DNA of 64,000 nucleotides, taken from the NCBI GenBank assembly GCA_000708835.1, contig DF236986.1, positions 1-64,000 on the forward strand. The letters run 5' to 3'. Position 1 is the stretch's first letter; each line of letters begins with the position of its first letter. Of the stretch, positions 48,490 to 60,596 are shown one piece after another. The DNA comes from Klebsormidium nitens. Its lineage: Eukaryota > Plantae > Klebsormidiophyceae. The notes under the pieces are model-generated. The model searched no databases. It worked only from the letters and a program-made list of their open reading frames with translations, and was not told the origin of the DNA. The position numbers and the translations under genes were made by a program.

Positions 48490-49825
48490 CTGTTCATAGA
48501 AAACAAACACGGTGCTGGTCTCAAAGGCGCAAGTCCTCAATGAAAACTTTTGATCATAAAGTGACTTGTAAAACAGCATTGTATTGTGCGGCCCATTGAA
48601 CAATGTGCCACGGCACTTTCATGTGTAAACACGCTTCTGTATACTATTTCTTCAGCAGTCGCACTGAGCTATGCCCTCTATGTATTCATGTGTCCTCTTC
48701 AATCCGCTGGGAGAACAGGCCTTGGTTGAGTTTTGCTGAGGCTGCTTTCTAAAGGACTGTCTCCTACCTTCTCCTAAACCGCAATGCCCCATCAACGGTG
48801 CATTGAACAAAAAGCAATAAACTTTGCGAAAACGTACTAATACAACAGGATGGTAAACGAAGCACCCAGGGTCACTTGCAAGTTGCATTCTGGACACTCA
48901 CATTACCAGTTCAAACTGAATCCAGCTTTTTGACCTAAAGGAAACCACAACCACTGGTGAGCGGGGAAAGGCCCCATAACAAGCACACTACAAGAAAGAT
49001 GTCAGGAGCCTGAACTTCAGTCATACTTACCTTGCCAGAAAGCTGTGCAGTTGATCAGCAATTGATTCAGCTTCTTACAACTGCGTGCTACTCAGAAAAT
49101 CAATGAATACAAAAATCACCCACACTGCTGTCCTCGTATCGCTTCTACCTAGGCCACATGCACAGCTTTTGACCCTAGTAGGTAATTCAGGCTGCATTCG
49201 ACAGGTGTGGCTGCTGCTTCTTGTTGCAAACCACCTGCATTGGTGCATATCCAGCTCTAGCGCTGGAGAAAACCATCACTTTATAAGTTTGAACAGACTG
49301 TGGGAATTTTGAAAAGTGGAGAGGGATGAGGTTTCTCTGCGGCCAGTCACAGTGCGCGCTGCGTCGGGCATGAGCAGGCAGGAGTTGGTGACATCAGCTA
49401 AGCTTAAGCTCTGAGAACCCTACGATGGATACAAGTAGAAAAGTTCTTATCATCTGACGGTAGGACGTCGTTCAGATGGTCACGAAGTTTAAAGATTGCA
49501 TTCCTTGATGATGATGGCCCCGAGAAGCAATTTGAATGCGCATTCAGCAGCTGCACCAGCAGCTATAGCAGCAGGGGCGGTTGATTGCTGGCTCTGCATC
49601 AGAAAGGAGCTGGCACAAGACACTGAAGGCGCTGAAAAGCGATGAAGCCAATCCTGGGCAAGCAGTTCTTCACAAATGACTTCAGAAGTTGAGCGGTGGT
49701 GAAGAGTTGAAGGCTGATCTAAGTCGGCATTGGTCCTTTCACTGCCCAAAATGCTTCGAGGCAAATCAGGAGAGTAGCAGGACTAGAATCAGATTTGGTG
49801 GTGTCTAAAGGTCGCAGGCTTTATC

Positions 49826-52800
49826 ATGGCCCCCACAAAGGATCTACTCAAGGCGGCATACCGGATTGGGGAGAGAGCGAGCAAGCAGGGTTCGAGGCAC
49901 GTGTTGAAGGGTGGTCGGGATGGATCTACATGCACTACAGCCCAATCGGCACGCAGGCCTAGCAGCAGGCAAGTGCTTCTTGTTGGATCAATGCATTCCA
50001 CTGATGAGTTGAACCCACTTTGTCGCAGATCCCAGAGATATCGGGGCCTCAATTCTGTTCAATCAATTCGTACATGCCGGTGACGCCCAGAGACGCAGAA
50101 TGTGTTGCCTGAGCATTGCAAAAAATTGTGACTTTACAGTTGAGCAGGCCCGGCACATTTCATGTTTCCTTACGTCAAAATAAAGTGCTGTAACATGTTC
50201 CAGAGAGTTGCGTTGCCAAAACCTGAAAAGTGTTTCAGGCAGGTGGTGTGATCCAATTTTACAGGGTTTCCTCGAGAATTGCTGGAGATGCACTTCGAGC
50301 AGGCTCCTCAAATCTGTGCGGCCGTGCAAGCTCGACGAGTTTGACCAGGTAAGAAATTTACCGTGTAGATCCGACACCGAAACAACGTGACAGATCTTTT
50401 TGGTTGAGTTTGACTTTGCATAAAGAGGTTGTGGTCGTTAAAGAGCTTCATTGCAAGCTGGTGCGCAAATACTATTTCTTAAATCATTGCACCCTGCATT
50501 GTGCGCTCGGCGGAAGTATCAGGCCATTTTGTTTTAGCTTGAGGTATGCACAAATTGCACCTACGAATTACATAGTTTCTCCTTCGTAATATCAGCATTG
50601 TGCTAGAGGATGCAGTGTGGAAGGCTCAAATAATGAAATTAGGAGTCTTGTTTCTTGCAGGATGTTAGAGCTGATAGAGGGGCACGGGGTGACCCGTTCT
50701 CTGGCTGGGGCACTGGGGGCCACTAGAGGGTTTGCCTCAGAGGGTAAGCTTACCACTCATAATCTAACCCCCAAAGTAGAGCGTTTTTGAAGGTTTGAAC
50801 TGGCTTTTGCAATGTGTGCTCTTGGCTTCATGCTGCCTCATGGTTTCAAAAGGGCGCACATGTGTTGGCAGAAAAAGGCAGGGTCTGGCGCCTTCCATTT
50901 GCTTACGCATTTCAGTCCTACGTGTCAGCTGTGCCTTGACATTCTGAGGCAATGGGACTGTTTCAGAATGATCCCAACAAATCAGAGAGTTTTCATTGCT
51001 GAGGACAGGGACGAAAGGAATGTTTAGCTCCTGCAATCTATTTAATTCGTGCGCCAATTCATTACAGCTTGTATCCTCTTGTTGTTACAGGGCTGCCAGT
51101 GCACACCGTCCTTTCCATGCCGGCCCTGTCACCAACAATGGTAAGCCCCTCGAGCTTTGCCACCTTCTTCCACCATTCCACTTTTCTCTGTCAAACCAGG
51201 CGTCACAGTGTGGACTTCAAAATGGTCACGATCATTATCAGACTCGTTCTTGACAGAATAGGACACGGGATACATTTAAGGGAGTGTCAGAATGAGCCAT
51301 GAAATTTCATTTCTCTTAGTTGAAATGATTTGTTCAACCTTCAACTTGCGTTGCTGCTTTCTTGAGAGCCTGAATTTCTGGGCTTACGGCCCTTGTGAGG
51401 GCTTGCAAGTATCCCAGTACGGCTTTTCAAAGGTACGCTTTTTAAACGGTCGTTTGCCACGATTGATCAACATGCCAGCAACCCCACTACTGCTTTTGAC
51501 TGCATTTTTCTTTGTTCGTTGGCTCTCTCCAATTGTCCATGTTTTCTCTGTCGCAACCGAACCTTGAGCGAATCTGAATGGTAACAAAGCAAGGAAGATG
51601 ACAGAGTAGCACTTTCTCAGTCTCCACCCTTCCAAAAACCGAGAGAACGGAAGAAAGGAACAGGATAATACGAAAGAGAAGCGGCTCATCTCTCTGTCTG
51701 CAAGAACAAAACAGAGAAAAGACGAGAAAAAGCAGAAAAAGGCTGGGATTGCGATCATGACCAGACTTCGAACCCACCCCCTTTTGCAGGAACAAGGCAA
51801 CGTGGCTAACTGGCAAAAGAAAGAGGGGGAGTCCATAAGCGCGGGGGACGTCCTCGCAGACATCGAGACTGACAAGGCCACGCTGGCATTCGAGTCCATG
51901 GAAGACGGTTTCCTCGCCAAGATTCTCGTTCCATCTGGGGAGAAGAACGTACCGGTAGGGAAGCCGTTGGCAATTGTGGTGGAAGAAGAGGGAGACGTTG
52001 CTGCGTTTAAGGATTACCAACCGGACGGAGGAGCCGCGCCGAAGCCAGAGACGAGCGTGCCGGCAAAGGAGGCTCCCAAGGAAGCCCCGAAGAAGAAGCG
52101 GAAGAAGAAGGCGGCACCAAAAGCGGCGGCGAAAGGTGCGGGTTTGCGGGTGTTGTTGGACGACTCGGGATGTATTGGGGCTGAGTGTAGCAAGAGTCGC
52201 TTTTGATGTATCTCTATGTTGATCTTCTACTCGAGCCGCAGTCGACATCTTGAGGAGGGCGATCGTCTGAGCTTGATTGAGAAAGATACAATGCCTGTGG
52301 TCCTCGATTGGCCTTCTCCTTTGGGAAACCGACTACAAGCTTGCCTTCTTTAGCTTTCTAACAGAGAAGGGAAGCTGAAGGCAGCGGTGTCATTGCAGTC
52401 CGATGTTTCAACGGCTTGGAGTCAGATTTGCAGTGGGTCAAGGTTTGTACTCAGAACATACCCCTTTCTGCGCTGCAGAGTATCCCCCGCACATCAAGAT
52501 CGACATGCCAGCTCTCTCTCCAACGATGGTGAGTCAGAGCCTGCCTTGGAGCCTGCTTGTGGGAATTACCTGCGGCGATTTGAAGGATTTTTGACCCCCT
52601 TCCGTTCCATCGTCCCTCAGGCTTGAACCAGATTATAGACTAACGAAAACAAAGTCTTTGACCACCCTCACAGGCCCTATATGAGCTCTTTTCGCAAAGG
52701 CATCTTATAACTCATTTCTGTATGCTCTCTTGTCTGATCGCTCGGTCAACAACTGCAAGCGTTGGACGGCTTGATATTAGGCATTGGACGGCTTAGAATC

Positions 52801-55800
52801 GATCGTCGTTGTTGCTAAGGAGCGGAGTGCTGAAGTTCGCAAACAATGACTCCCAGGCAACCGTTGAGTTCTGTCAGCTTAAGCCATACCATGGCTCAAA
52901 GTGCTCTATTATGCTCGCTTGTAGACGCAAGGCAACGTTGCATCGTGGTCCAAGAAGGAAGGCGATGAGATCGCAGCAGGCGACGTCATTGCTGAAATCG
53001 AGACGGACAAGGCGACAGTCTCGCTGGACTCCCAGGAAGACGGGTGAGCGGGAGATTGTCGGGAGTGCTCAAATCTTTGTGTGCCGGCTTGGCTTGTTGA
53101 GGATTCGCGTAAGCGACTTGATGGTAGTTACTTTGTCGAGTCGGAGTGCAAGCTCGTGGCTCGTTCTCATCTAGCGTTTGCATCTTGTCGCCCGTGCTTT
53201 GCCAGAGTTTGTAACAACGTTGTCCCTCACTTCGTACGATGAACTCCTTCCCTACATTTGGATATTGCATCATTCTCGGAATGAGGTTGCTGGATATCAT
53301 TTGCCGCCTTCTGCACCAGACGCATACCTAACTCCCTAGATTGGCTGCATGGAATGAAGTATATGAGCCCAGATTCTTTTCACTCAAAGCTTAGACACGA
53401 TTTGCGGGTGCAGGTTCCTTGCGAAAATTCTTGTCAAGGACGGCGCAAAGGATGTCCCGGTGGGCACTCTTCTAGCCATTGTGGTAAGTGCGCTCTATTT
53501 CCATCCTTGGGTCTTTGCCCTGGCCAGTAGTGCAACGGGGAAAGAGTCACGTTGATTGATGGGCAGACACAGGATAATTTCGGTTGTCAAAATGCTGATG
53601 GAACCAATTCAAAAGCAGAAATGGCCGGGATTTGCTGATTGATCGGGCGGTCCTGGTTGGGAAGGGACAGACACTTCCTTGTTGCGAAACTCACGGAGCC
53701 TTTTTGATATTGGACCGAGCAGAAGGTCGATTTTGTGCAAGTATCGCCTCGTCTTTGTTCCGGATCTAGTTTCTTCTCTGGTTGTTTGATGCTCAGTAGC
53801 AGGGTTTTTCCTCAACGTGCAAACGTTTGAACGGATGGCTTGCTAGACCGTTCGATGCGCCTCCCAAGCACATCTCCTATTAGTGCGCCTCTAACACTGA
53901 ACCCTGGTCCTATTCTATCTGCAGGTCGAGGACAAAGACACGGTGTCAAAGTTCGCCGACTTTTCCCCCGAAGCTTCCGCCGCCGACGAACCCTCCACCT
54001 CCGACGCAGAGGAAGAGGAGTCTCCCGAGCCCTCCGCCAGCCAAGACAAGCCCAAGCCGCCCCCGAAAACCTTCAAACCCTTCACCGGGCGCATCTGGCC
54101 GACCGCCCGCAAAATCCTGATTGAGTACGGCGTAGACCCGTGGGAGGTGAAGGGGTCCGGTTTGAACGGGATAATTACGAAGGACGACGCTGTGGCGACC
54201 ACCAAGGGCATGTCCAAGCCCGAGGAGTCGCCCGAAACGAGCGCTGCGGATGAGGAAGAAGGGGAGGAAGAGCAGGTGAAGGAGACACCAAAGAAGGTGG
54301 AAGGGAAGAAGGAAACGGGGAAGAAAGAGGTTGGAGGTGCGAAGCCGGCGGCGGCGGGGGGGCCGCCGAAGAAGAGCGCGGAGCCGATGGCGGGCGGGGA
54401 GTTCGAGGACGTGCCCAATTCGCAGATCAGAAAAGTAAGTGGCTGATGTATTTTGGCTGGTGACGATGTTGTCCTTGTATGGAGCGGAATGCCCGCTATT
54501 TCTTTGGAGGATGACATGGAAATTTCTGCCTCACCTACAGCGACTGGTTCGTAATGAATGATGGGAAAGTCATCGAACGAAATTGAGTGCGACTGGGACA
54601 AGTGTGTCACGTCATTCGGCGCTGTAGCCAAGTTGCTTTAAATGCCGTATGGTGATACAATCCAGTGAGAATCCCGAAGGCCACTTGAGCCAATTCTGTC
54701 TGCCTCTGCACCGGTGGGACATGCACAGGCTTTGAGCCCACAGGAGCTGGTCAGCGATGCTGCTTTCCGCCCGGTTGTTTTAGAGCCTCGTAGACATGCT
54801 GTCACATGCTTGTATGAGATGGTCGTCGTCTGCCTTCACACGGCTTCTGCCATTTCCTTGCGGCCAAGGCTGTCAAGTCTTGCAGAGTATTTCCAGGTGT
54901 CCGCTTTCCATCACCAGTTTCGAAAAAACAACGAACGTCTTTGCCTCCCTGCAGATCATCGCACAGCGCCTGAAAGAGTCAAAATGGGGCACTCCGCACT
55001 TCTACCTAAGCGCAGGTGCGTGAGGTTTTTATCTCGTTCTCACCTTGTACCAATTGAAGCTTCACATTTAAACGCAAAAAATCTCGCGTCGAATCCACTT
55101 TTGAACGCTGCCTGCTTCCTCTGCTGCTTCCTCTGGGGTGTGCTGCATCCACTCGGGGGGGCTTACAGTCTCTTAGGTTTCAAAGTCAGCTGGCAAAAAA
55201 TCCAATGATTCGTTGAGACTTCTGAGTACACGCATGTGCAGAGTTGCCAACTTTGACAGACTTTCTTTCCCTTTCTTTGCGCAGATGCCAATCTCGACGC
55301 GGTGTTGTCCTTGCGAAAGGAATTGAAAGGTAAGCGGCTTTCACCTCCGTCCCCCACTTCTCCAAGCAACTCGGGGGTGCACCACTATTGGACTCTTCCA
55401 GTGTAGTCGACACAACCCTTCATACAACGTCATCAAAACGGAGCGGTACAATTGACTCAAGCTTCTACGATCCTGAATATTCCCACTCGATCAAAGTCTA
55501 CATGTCCTCAGCGAATTACGGTTACAAGGGGCATACTGGATCCCTCCATATGAAGTTTCTGATTTCTTTTCGGACGCTGCAGAGAAGCACAAGGTGTCTG
55601 TGTCCGTGAACGACTTCGTCGTGAGGGCTGTGGCGGTTGCCCTGCAACGAGTTCCCGAGGCGAACGGTAAGCCAGGCCGGTTTTGACTTGGCCCCTTCGA
55701 AAGCATGCGTTTTACCATTGTCATTGATTTACTCGCTCGTTGTCGGATCTTCAGTTTCCGCCAAGTCAAGCCTGACGGCTGGCCAAACGCGCGTGAGCAC

Positions 55801-58800
55801 GATTGCATTGCGCTTATACATTCATTCGCTTCCATAGCACCGACGTGCAAACCGAGCCGGCCCAGGAAGGTGGACTGACGGTCGCACGTTTCCATCCCGC
55901 ATGAAATTTTACCCGCTTATCGGGCTTTGCGAAAAGAAAGGACAGCACCCTTTTCTGCCGTCTTGATGAGCTGGCCATATCGGACCACGCGCTCACAGGT
56001 CTGCATGCGGACGTGAGAATAAAAGTTCGTCTTCTTGCAGCATTTTGGGACACGAAGAAGGAGGAGGTGACGTCGAACCCAAGTGTCGACATCTGTGTGG
56101 CAGTTGCGACCGATAAGGTGAGAAAATCTTCAGTAGTCAGGCCTTCTTTCAGTGTTGTGCTGCAGACGTGTGAAGAATCTACGACTTTGGAGGAACGAGA
56201 GGTGACCATCATCGAATGTGAAGTCGTTTTCAAAGGCCGAGAGTCTTCCAACGTTGGAGAAGCTTCGAGTGTCCTTTCAGTGCCCGGCTCCTAGTAGCCC
56301 ACTCATGAAGCATGCGGACTGTTGGAAGGGGTTATTGCAATGGTCATGCGCTTATGCGCTATTTTCCAGGTTTCGCCAAAGCCTATCGTAACCCCTCCTC
56401 CTCGTAGGGTTTGACGACGCCCAATTTCTTCTCTGTTTGACTTTTCTTTCTCTAAGCATGCAAATCAAATGCTCTGCCCATTAATCCGCAAAAGCAGGCC
56501 GTTCCCATAATTAACTTAACCGCCCGTCAAAATTCTCTCCCTATAAGCTCTGATGACGCCCACTTTGAAGCGTGCGGACCTGAAGACGCTGTCCGTCATC
56601 TCGTCCTAGATGAAGCAGAATCTGCATTTTTTGACTGGCAAATGCCTGGTTATTTCAGGGGGTGTGAAAACCCGGCCAATCTCCTCCCCTGCAGGGTCTG
56701 ATGACGCCCATTGTGAAGCATGCGGACCAGAAGACGCTGTCCGAGATCTCGTCGGAAGTGAAGGACCTGGCAGAGCGCGCCCGCTCGGGCAAGCTCAAGC
56801 CGGAGGAGTTCCAAGGGGGGTCGTTCAGGTGAGGCCGCGGCCCGATGATGAGCCCCCCAGAACGGAAGGACAGAGTGGCGCAGCATCCTGACGTGCTTCT
56901 TCCCTGTGGTAGATTATGAATCAGGGCGGGAATGTTGCAGTTGTCAGGATTGTTTCCGCAGGCCTACAGGTCCCGGCAGGATTCAAAGCTCACCTCAACT
57001 TTCAAAGTTTCGTCATTGTTCCGTTTGACTGCCTGAGCGGGTCAAGGAGAATCCGTAACTTTGATAACCGGGGTCGGAATTGCTGCAAGTTTTGATGACG
57101 TGGCGGGTTTATGGGCGAAACCCTGGACTAGGCTTCTTTCGACCCATCATGCATCAAGGAGCCCCGGGTCAAAAACTCTAAACCTCGCCACGTCATCCCT
57201 CCCAACAGCATCCCCGGCCGGGGGTTCCAAAATGACTCTTCTTGTCCCCACTCTACCTGCAATTGGAAACTGTTCTCCGATCACATATCCTTCGACCAAC
57301 CATGCTATCAGGAATGACGAATGCACTGCACGTAGGACTGTTAAGGCGTGATCTTGTTCTACCTGTCGGCTCAGTGAAGCAGATCCGCCCTGTGCCTGCG
57401 ATCATATCATGGACATTAATCAACCGTAGCAGAAAGGCTGCAATAAACGACCGTCTAAACAGACTCGTTCTTTGCAGTATATCCAACTTGGGCATGTATC
57501 CCATCGACTACTTCAGCGCCATCATCAACCCGCCGCAGGTGAGCGCTTCTCTCTCTTGACTCTCTTTTCCAGGCCGCCCTGTACAGCTCGCTAGGTTTGC
57601 CAGCGATTCGAGAAGGTTTACACTCGGTTGGGCGATCTTAGTTGCTGCAGCATAGGGTTTCTGTAGTTCAACTTAGAATTTCCAGTTTAGTTGCTGAGGA
57701 TTTGTGTCAAGGCAAAGTGTGTCAGGGCGAAGTGTAGCAGTCGTGAAGTGGTTGGCCCCTGTTCAACCCCGGCTGATCTGGATTACAGACTGTTGGGCAG
57801 CTTATTCTTGCTTGCGAGGTCTTTCTTGAAGTCGGAGGTAAGTTCAGTCCCTCCCCTTCGGGTCGACAATGGGGTCACAGAAAAACCTTGGCTTGACGCG
57901 ACCTTGCTTCCCACATACGTCCAGGCGTGTATCATGGCGGTTGGGAAAGGCAACAAGAAGGTCGTATGGGAGACCAAGGAAGATGGTGAGTGTGTCTCGA
58001 CGTACATTTGCAAACGTGCTCTCACTTTTGGTGGTCTTTACCAAAGACGACTTTTCGCTACTCTTGCGTCGAGATGGTCAATTGGAAAAGAAAACGGCTG
58101 TCTGGTTGGCAATGGCTCAGCCACATGAAGACAGCTCAGAGCCCACTTCGGTTTCTTTTTGGACAGATTTTTCTGTGCAAGCTTTGATATGTCACGCTAT
58201 CCTTCTAAGGGTCTACTCAACGGCTTCTTTAGTTGAACTTTCGTTTCGCTGGACAGCCTTTGCTTCCGTCTGCGCTTCTGAAGTCCTCACTTCGAGGGTC
58301 TGGTTCAGAAAGGCCTACGAACGAACGTTGTTTTTGTTTGTCCGTCCTTCGTTTTCTCCGTTGCGCCGATCCGCGGATCTGTCCTTCCAGCTCGATCGCC
58401 CACTTGGTCTCGACCCTTTCTTCTCGCCAACGTTCCCATGCAATGCCTGCAGGCACTGAAAGCCCCGCCGTTGTCACGCAAATGACGGTCACCCTTTCAG
58501 CAGACCAGCGGGTCTACGACGGCGAGATCGCGGGTGAGTGCTTCTTCAGACTCCTTGTTTTGAAAATGCACTCTGAAACAGGGAGAGAGCCGAGACGAGG
58601 TTTCCAGTCATGTACTATTTTTGTGATGGTTCCTCGGCAAAGTGTCCGTTTGGTGTTGTTTGACGACTTGAGCATCCCTGATTCATTTGCACGTATCAAG
58701 GAAAAGCCATGTTGAGCTGCTTGTATCGTCCGACTTGGGACTTGCATGCGTATGTTTGACAATCCTGATCTGCCCCGTGCTAGAAGCACTGATTCCGTCG

Positions 58801-58948
58801 GCCAGCATGCGTGCGTTAAGGTCTAGTAAGAGCGAAACACCGCTGCACTTGATGTGAGTACTGACATTGTCAATCTTGTTCGTCAACAGGCCGCTTTCTT
58901 GCCGAGTTTACGTCTGCCATGAAGGACCCAGCGCAACTATTGCTTTGA
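49826..58948 (+). CDS. LTA3: Mitochondrial pyruvate dehydrogenase E2 (dihydrolipoamide acetyltransferase) with two lipoyl domains, LTA3 type
   Basis: Presequence ending RGFASEG. Lipoyl 1: MPALSPTM...DIETDKAT. Lipoyl 2: MPALSPTM...EIETDKAT. Peripheral-subunit-binding domain: [33 protein letters not shown]. Core: [79 protein letters not shown]...LLL*. Confidence 0.95.
56297..56614 (+). repeat. Three decayed copies of the acceptor plus start of the E2 exon at 56695
   Basis: ctctgatgacgcccactttgaagcgtgcggacctgaagacgctgtccgtcatctcgtc (~56548) vs real gtctgatgacgcccattgtgaagcatgcggaccagaagacgctgtccgagatctcgtc. Shorter copies at ~56404 and ~56297. Confidence 0.9.
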
Positions 58949-60596
58949 AAGTAGAAAGACAACATTCCCTTATCAGCGGCTAGCTTTTGAGCTGCGTATC
59001 TGCGCTAAAAGAAGGTGCTCCTATTTGCGACACGCTTCTGCCCCTTATTCGAGTAACGCAGTGGCGGCTGCTTTTCGAGTTTTGCTGCTGCTCTGCTCAA
59101 ATTGGGCCGGACTTGTTCCGCTCACCATATTTGGACCTGAGAAAGCGTCGTTTGTGACCATTAATTGTCTAAGGAAGCGATCTCCACGGACAGAAGTGTT
59201 CAGGAAGCTTTGAGGCGTCCAGACACCTGAATCATGAAGTAAGTCGGGTCTGGCGTACGACCAGCAAATAAACATGAAGTGAGTCTGACATATTGGCAAG
59301 CCACGCCTCAAATTTTATTGTGTTTATATTGCATATGCAATATGTTGCATGCACCATGGACTTCCATGGGATCCTCCGGATCAAAATGCAGATCTCTAGT
59401 TGGCATGTACAGTGATTGACCTGCATGATTGCTTGAATTATGATATTGTCCGAGCCTGAGGGCCGAGCCCGAGCGGGCTGGGGGGCCTCGTTCATTACCG
59501 TGCCTAATCATTGTATAAACTATAATGACCGCGTCCGAGTCGGCTGCTCAGCATGCATGCCAGCATGTCGATCATGCCCCTCCCGGCGCCTAATGGAAAG
59601 CTCTAGGTCAGGCGGCGCGGCGGCCCCCATGCAGCCAATTCGCGACTCTATATGATCACCTATCAGGGCGGCCGCTGGCAAGGAGCTAGCCCCCTGGCAA
59701 TGTTCCGATTGCGGCAAGCCTATTGCCTTCATGCGCGGCGGGCCCGTTCCGGCGGCTACTGTTTTGCATAAAAACAAGAAGCAGCTGAGTCAGAACCCGG
59801 GCCACCGTATTGAGCGAAGTCTGTTCACCATCTGCAATCGCTTTGCATATAGGGATAAGACGGGCCGCCAAGCCGCGGGCGGGCCCCTGCAGCCGCCTAG
59901 CTGTGTGCGAATTGCATGCATTGATGGAGAGCACAAAAAGCAATCTGCCACGTACCGCGAGAAGATCATATTGACCATGTATTACTCACTGGGCTAATAA
60001 TATGGCAGACATGAAAAAGCGCTGTTTAGTAGCGATATGAGCCGGCGCTCGAGTCTCCCAATGAAGCAACAGTACATCACCGGCAACGGATACGGAGAGG
60101 TGCCAAATGATCACCTTTCAAGAGCAAAAAGTTCAGCGCGAAGTCCCGTGTCGATTTGGGATGGCCGCCTGATACGTTGCAGGGAACGATCGGCGATGTA
60201 GTTTTTTCGTTGATCAAACCGGATCACAACAAATGAAATGAATCACAAAGTAAGATTGATAGTGGTTCTCGTTTCCATCATCAGAAGACTTTTGCAAGGC
60301 TGATGGCTTATCATTCGAATACAAATGATTAGTAGCCTCATCGCAAGTGGTTATTTGTCCGGTATGAAAAGCAACTCGCACGACCTCACTGGTGCAGCAT
60401 CTCGATATCTGCGAAAGGAAAGTCCGAAAGATCCCACTGCATTCAACGGTAAAGCAACTGTCGAACAGCGATCGACATCGACTCGACTACAATCGTTTTA
60501 GCATGGGCCGAGCTCCTCATTACCGCCGTCAATGGTCTAACTACCGCCACGCTAATCTAGTCCACAGGGGAGATTTCAAGTTTTCCGGTTCCTGGT

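Noticed and set aside
46650-48603. Separate ubiquitin-like gene
   Set aside because: The ubiquitin-like domain is a known part of TRP/TRFL proteins and lies on the same strand upstream of the Myb exons, so it was merged into that gene. The join is inferred, not proven.
49022-49032. ATACTTACCT, matching the U1 snRNA 5' end
   Set aside because: It is the reverse complement of a strong GTAAGTAT donor of a probable TRFL 5' UTR exon; no U1 body follows.
57385-57431. Possible further echoes before the exons at ~57479, ~30790, ~32563 and ~18717
   Set aside because: Similarity is too patchy to separate from chance by eye; not counted among the eight.
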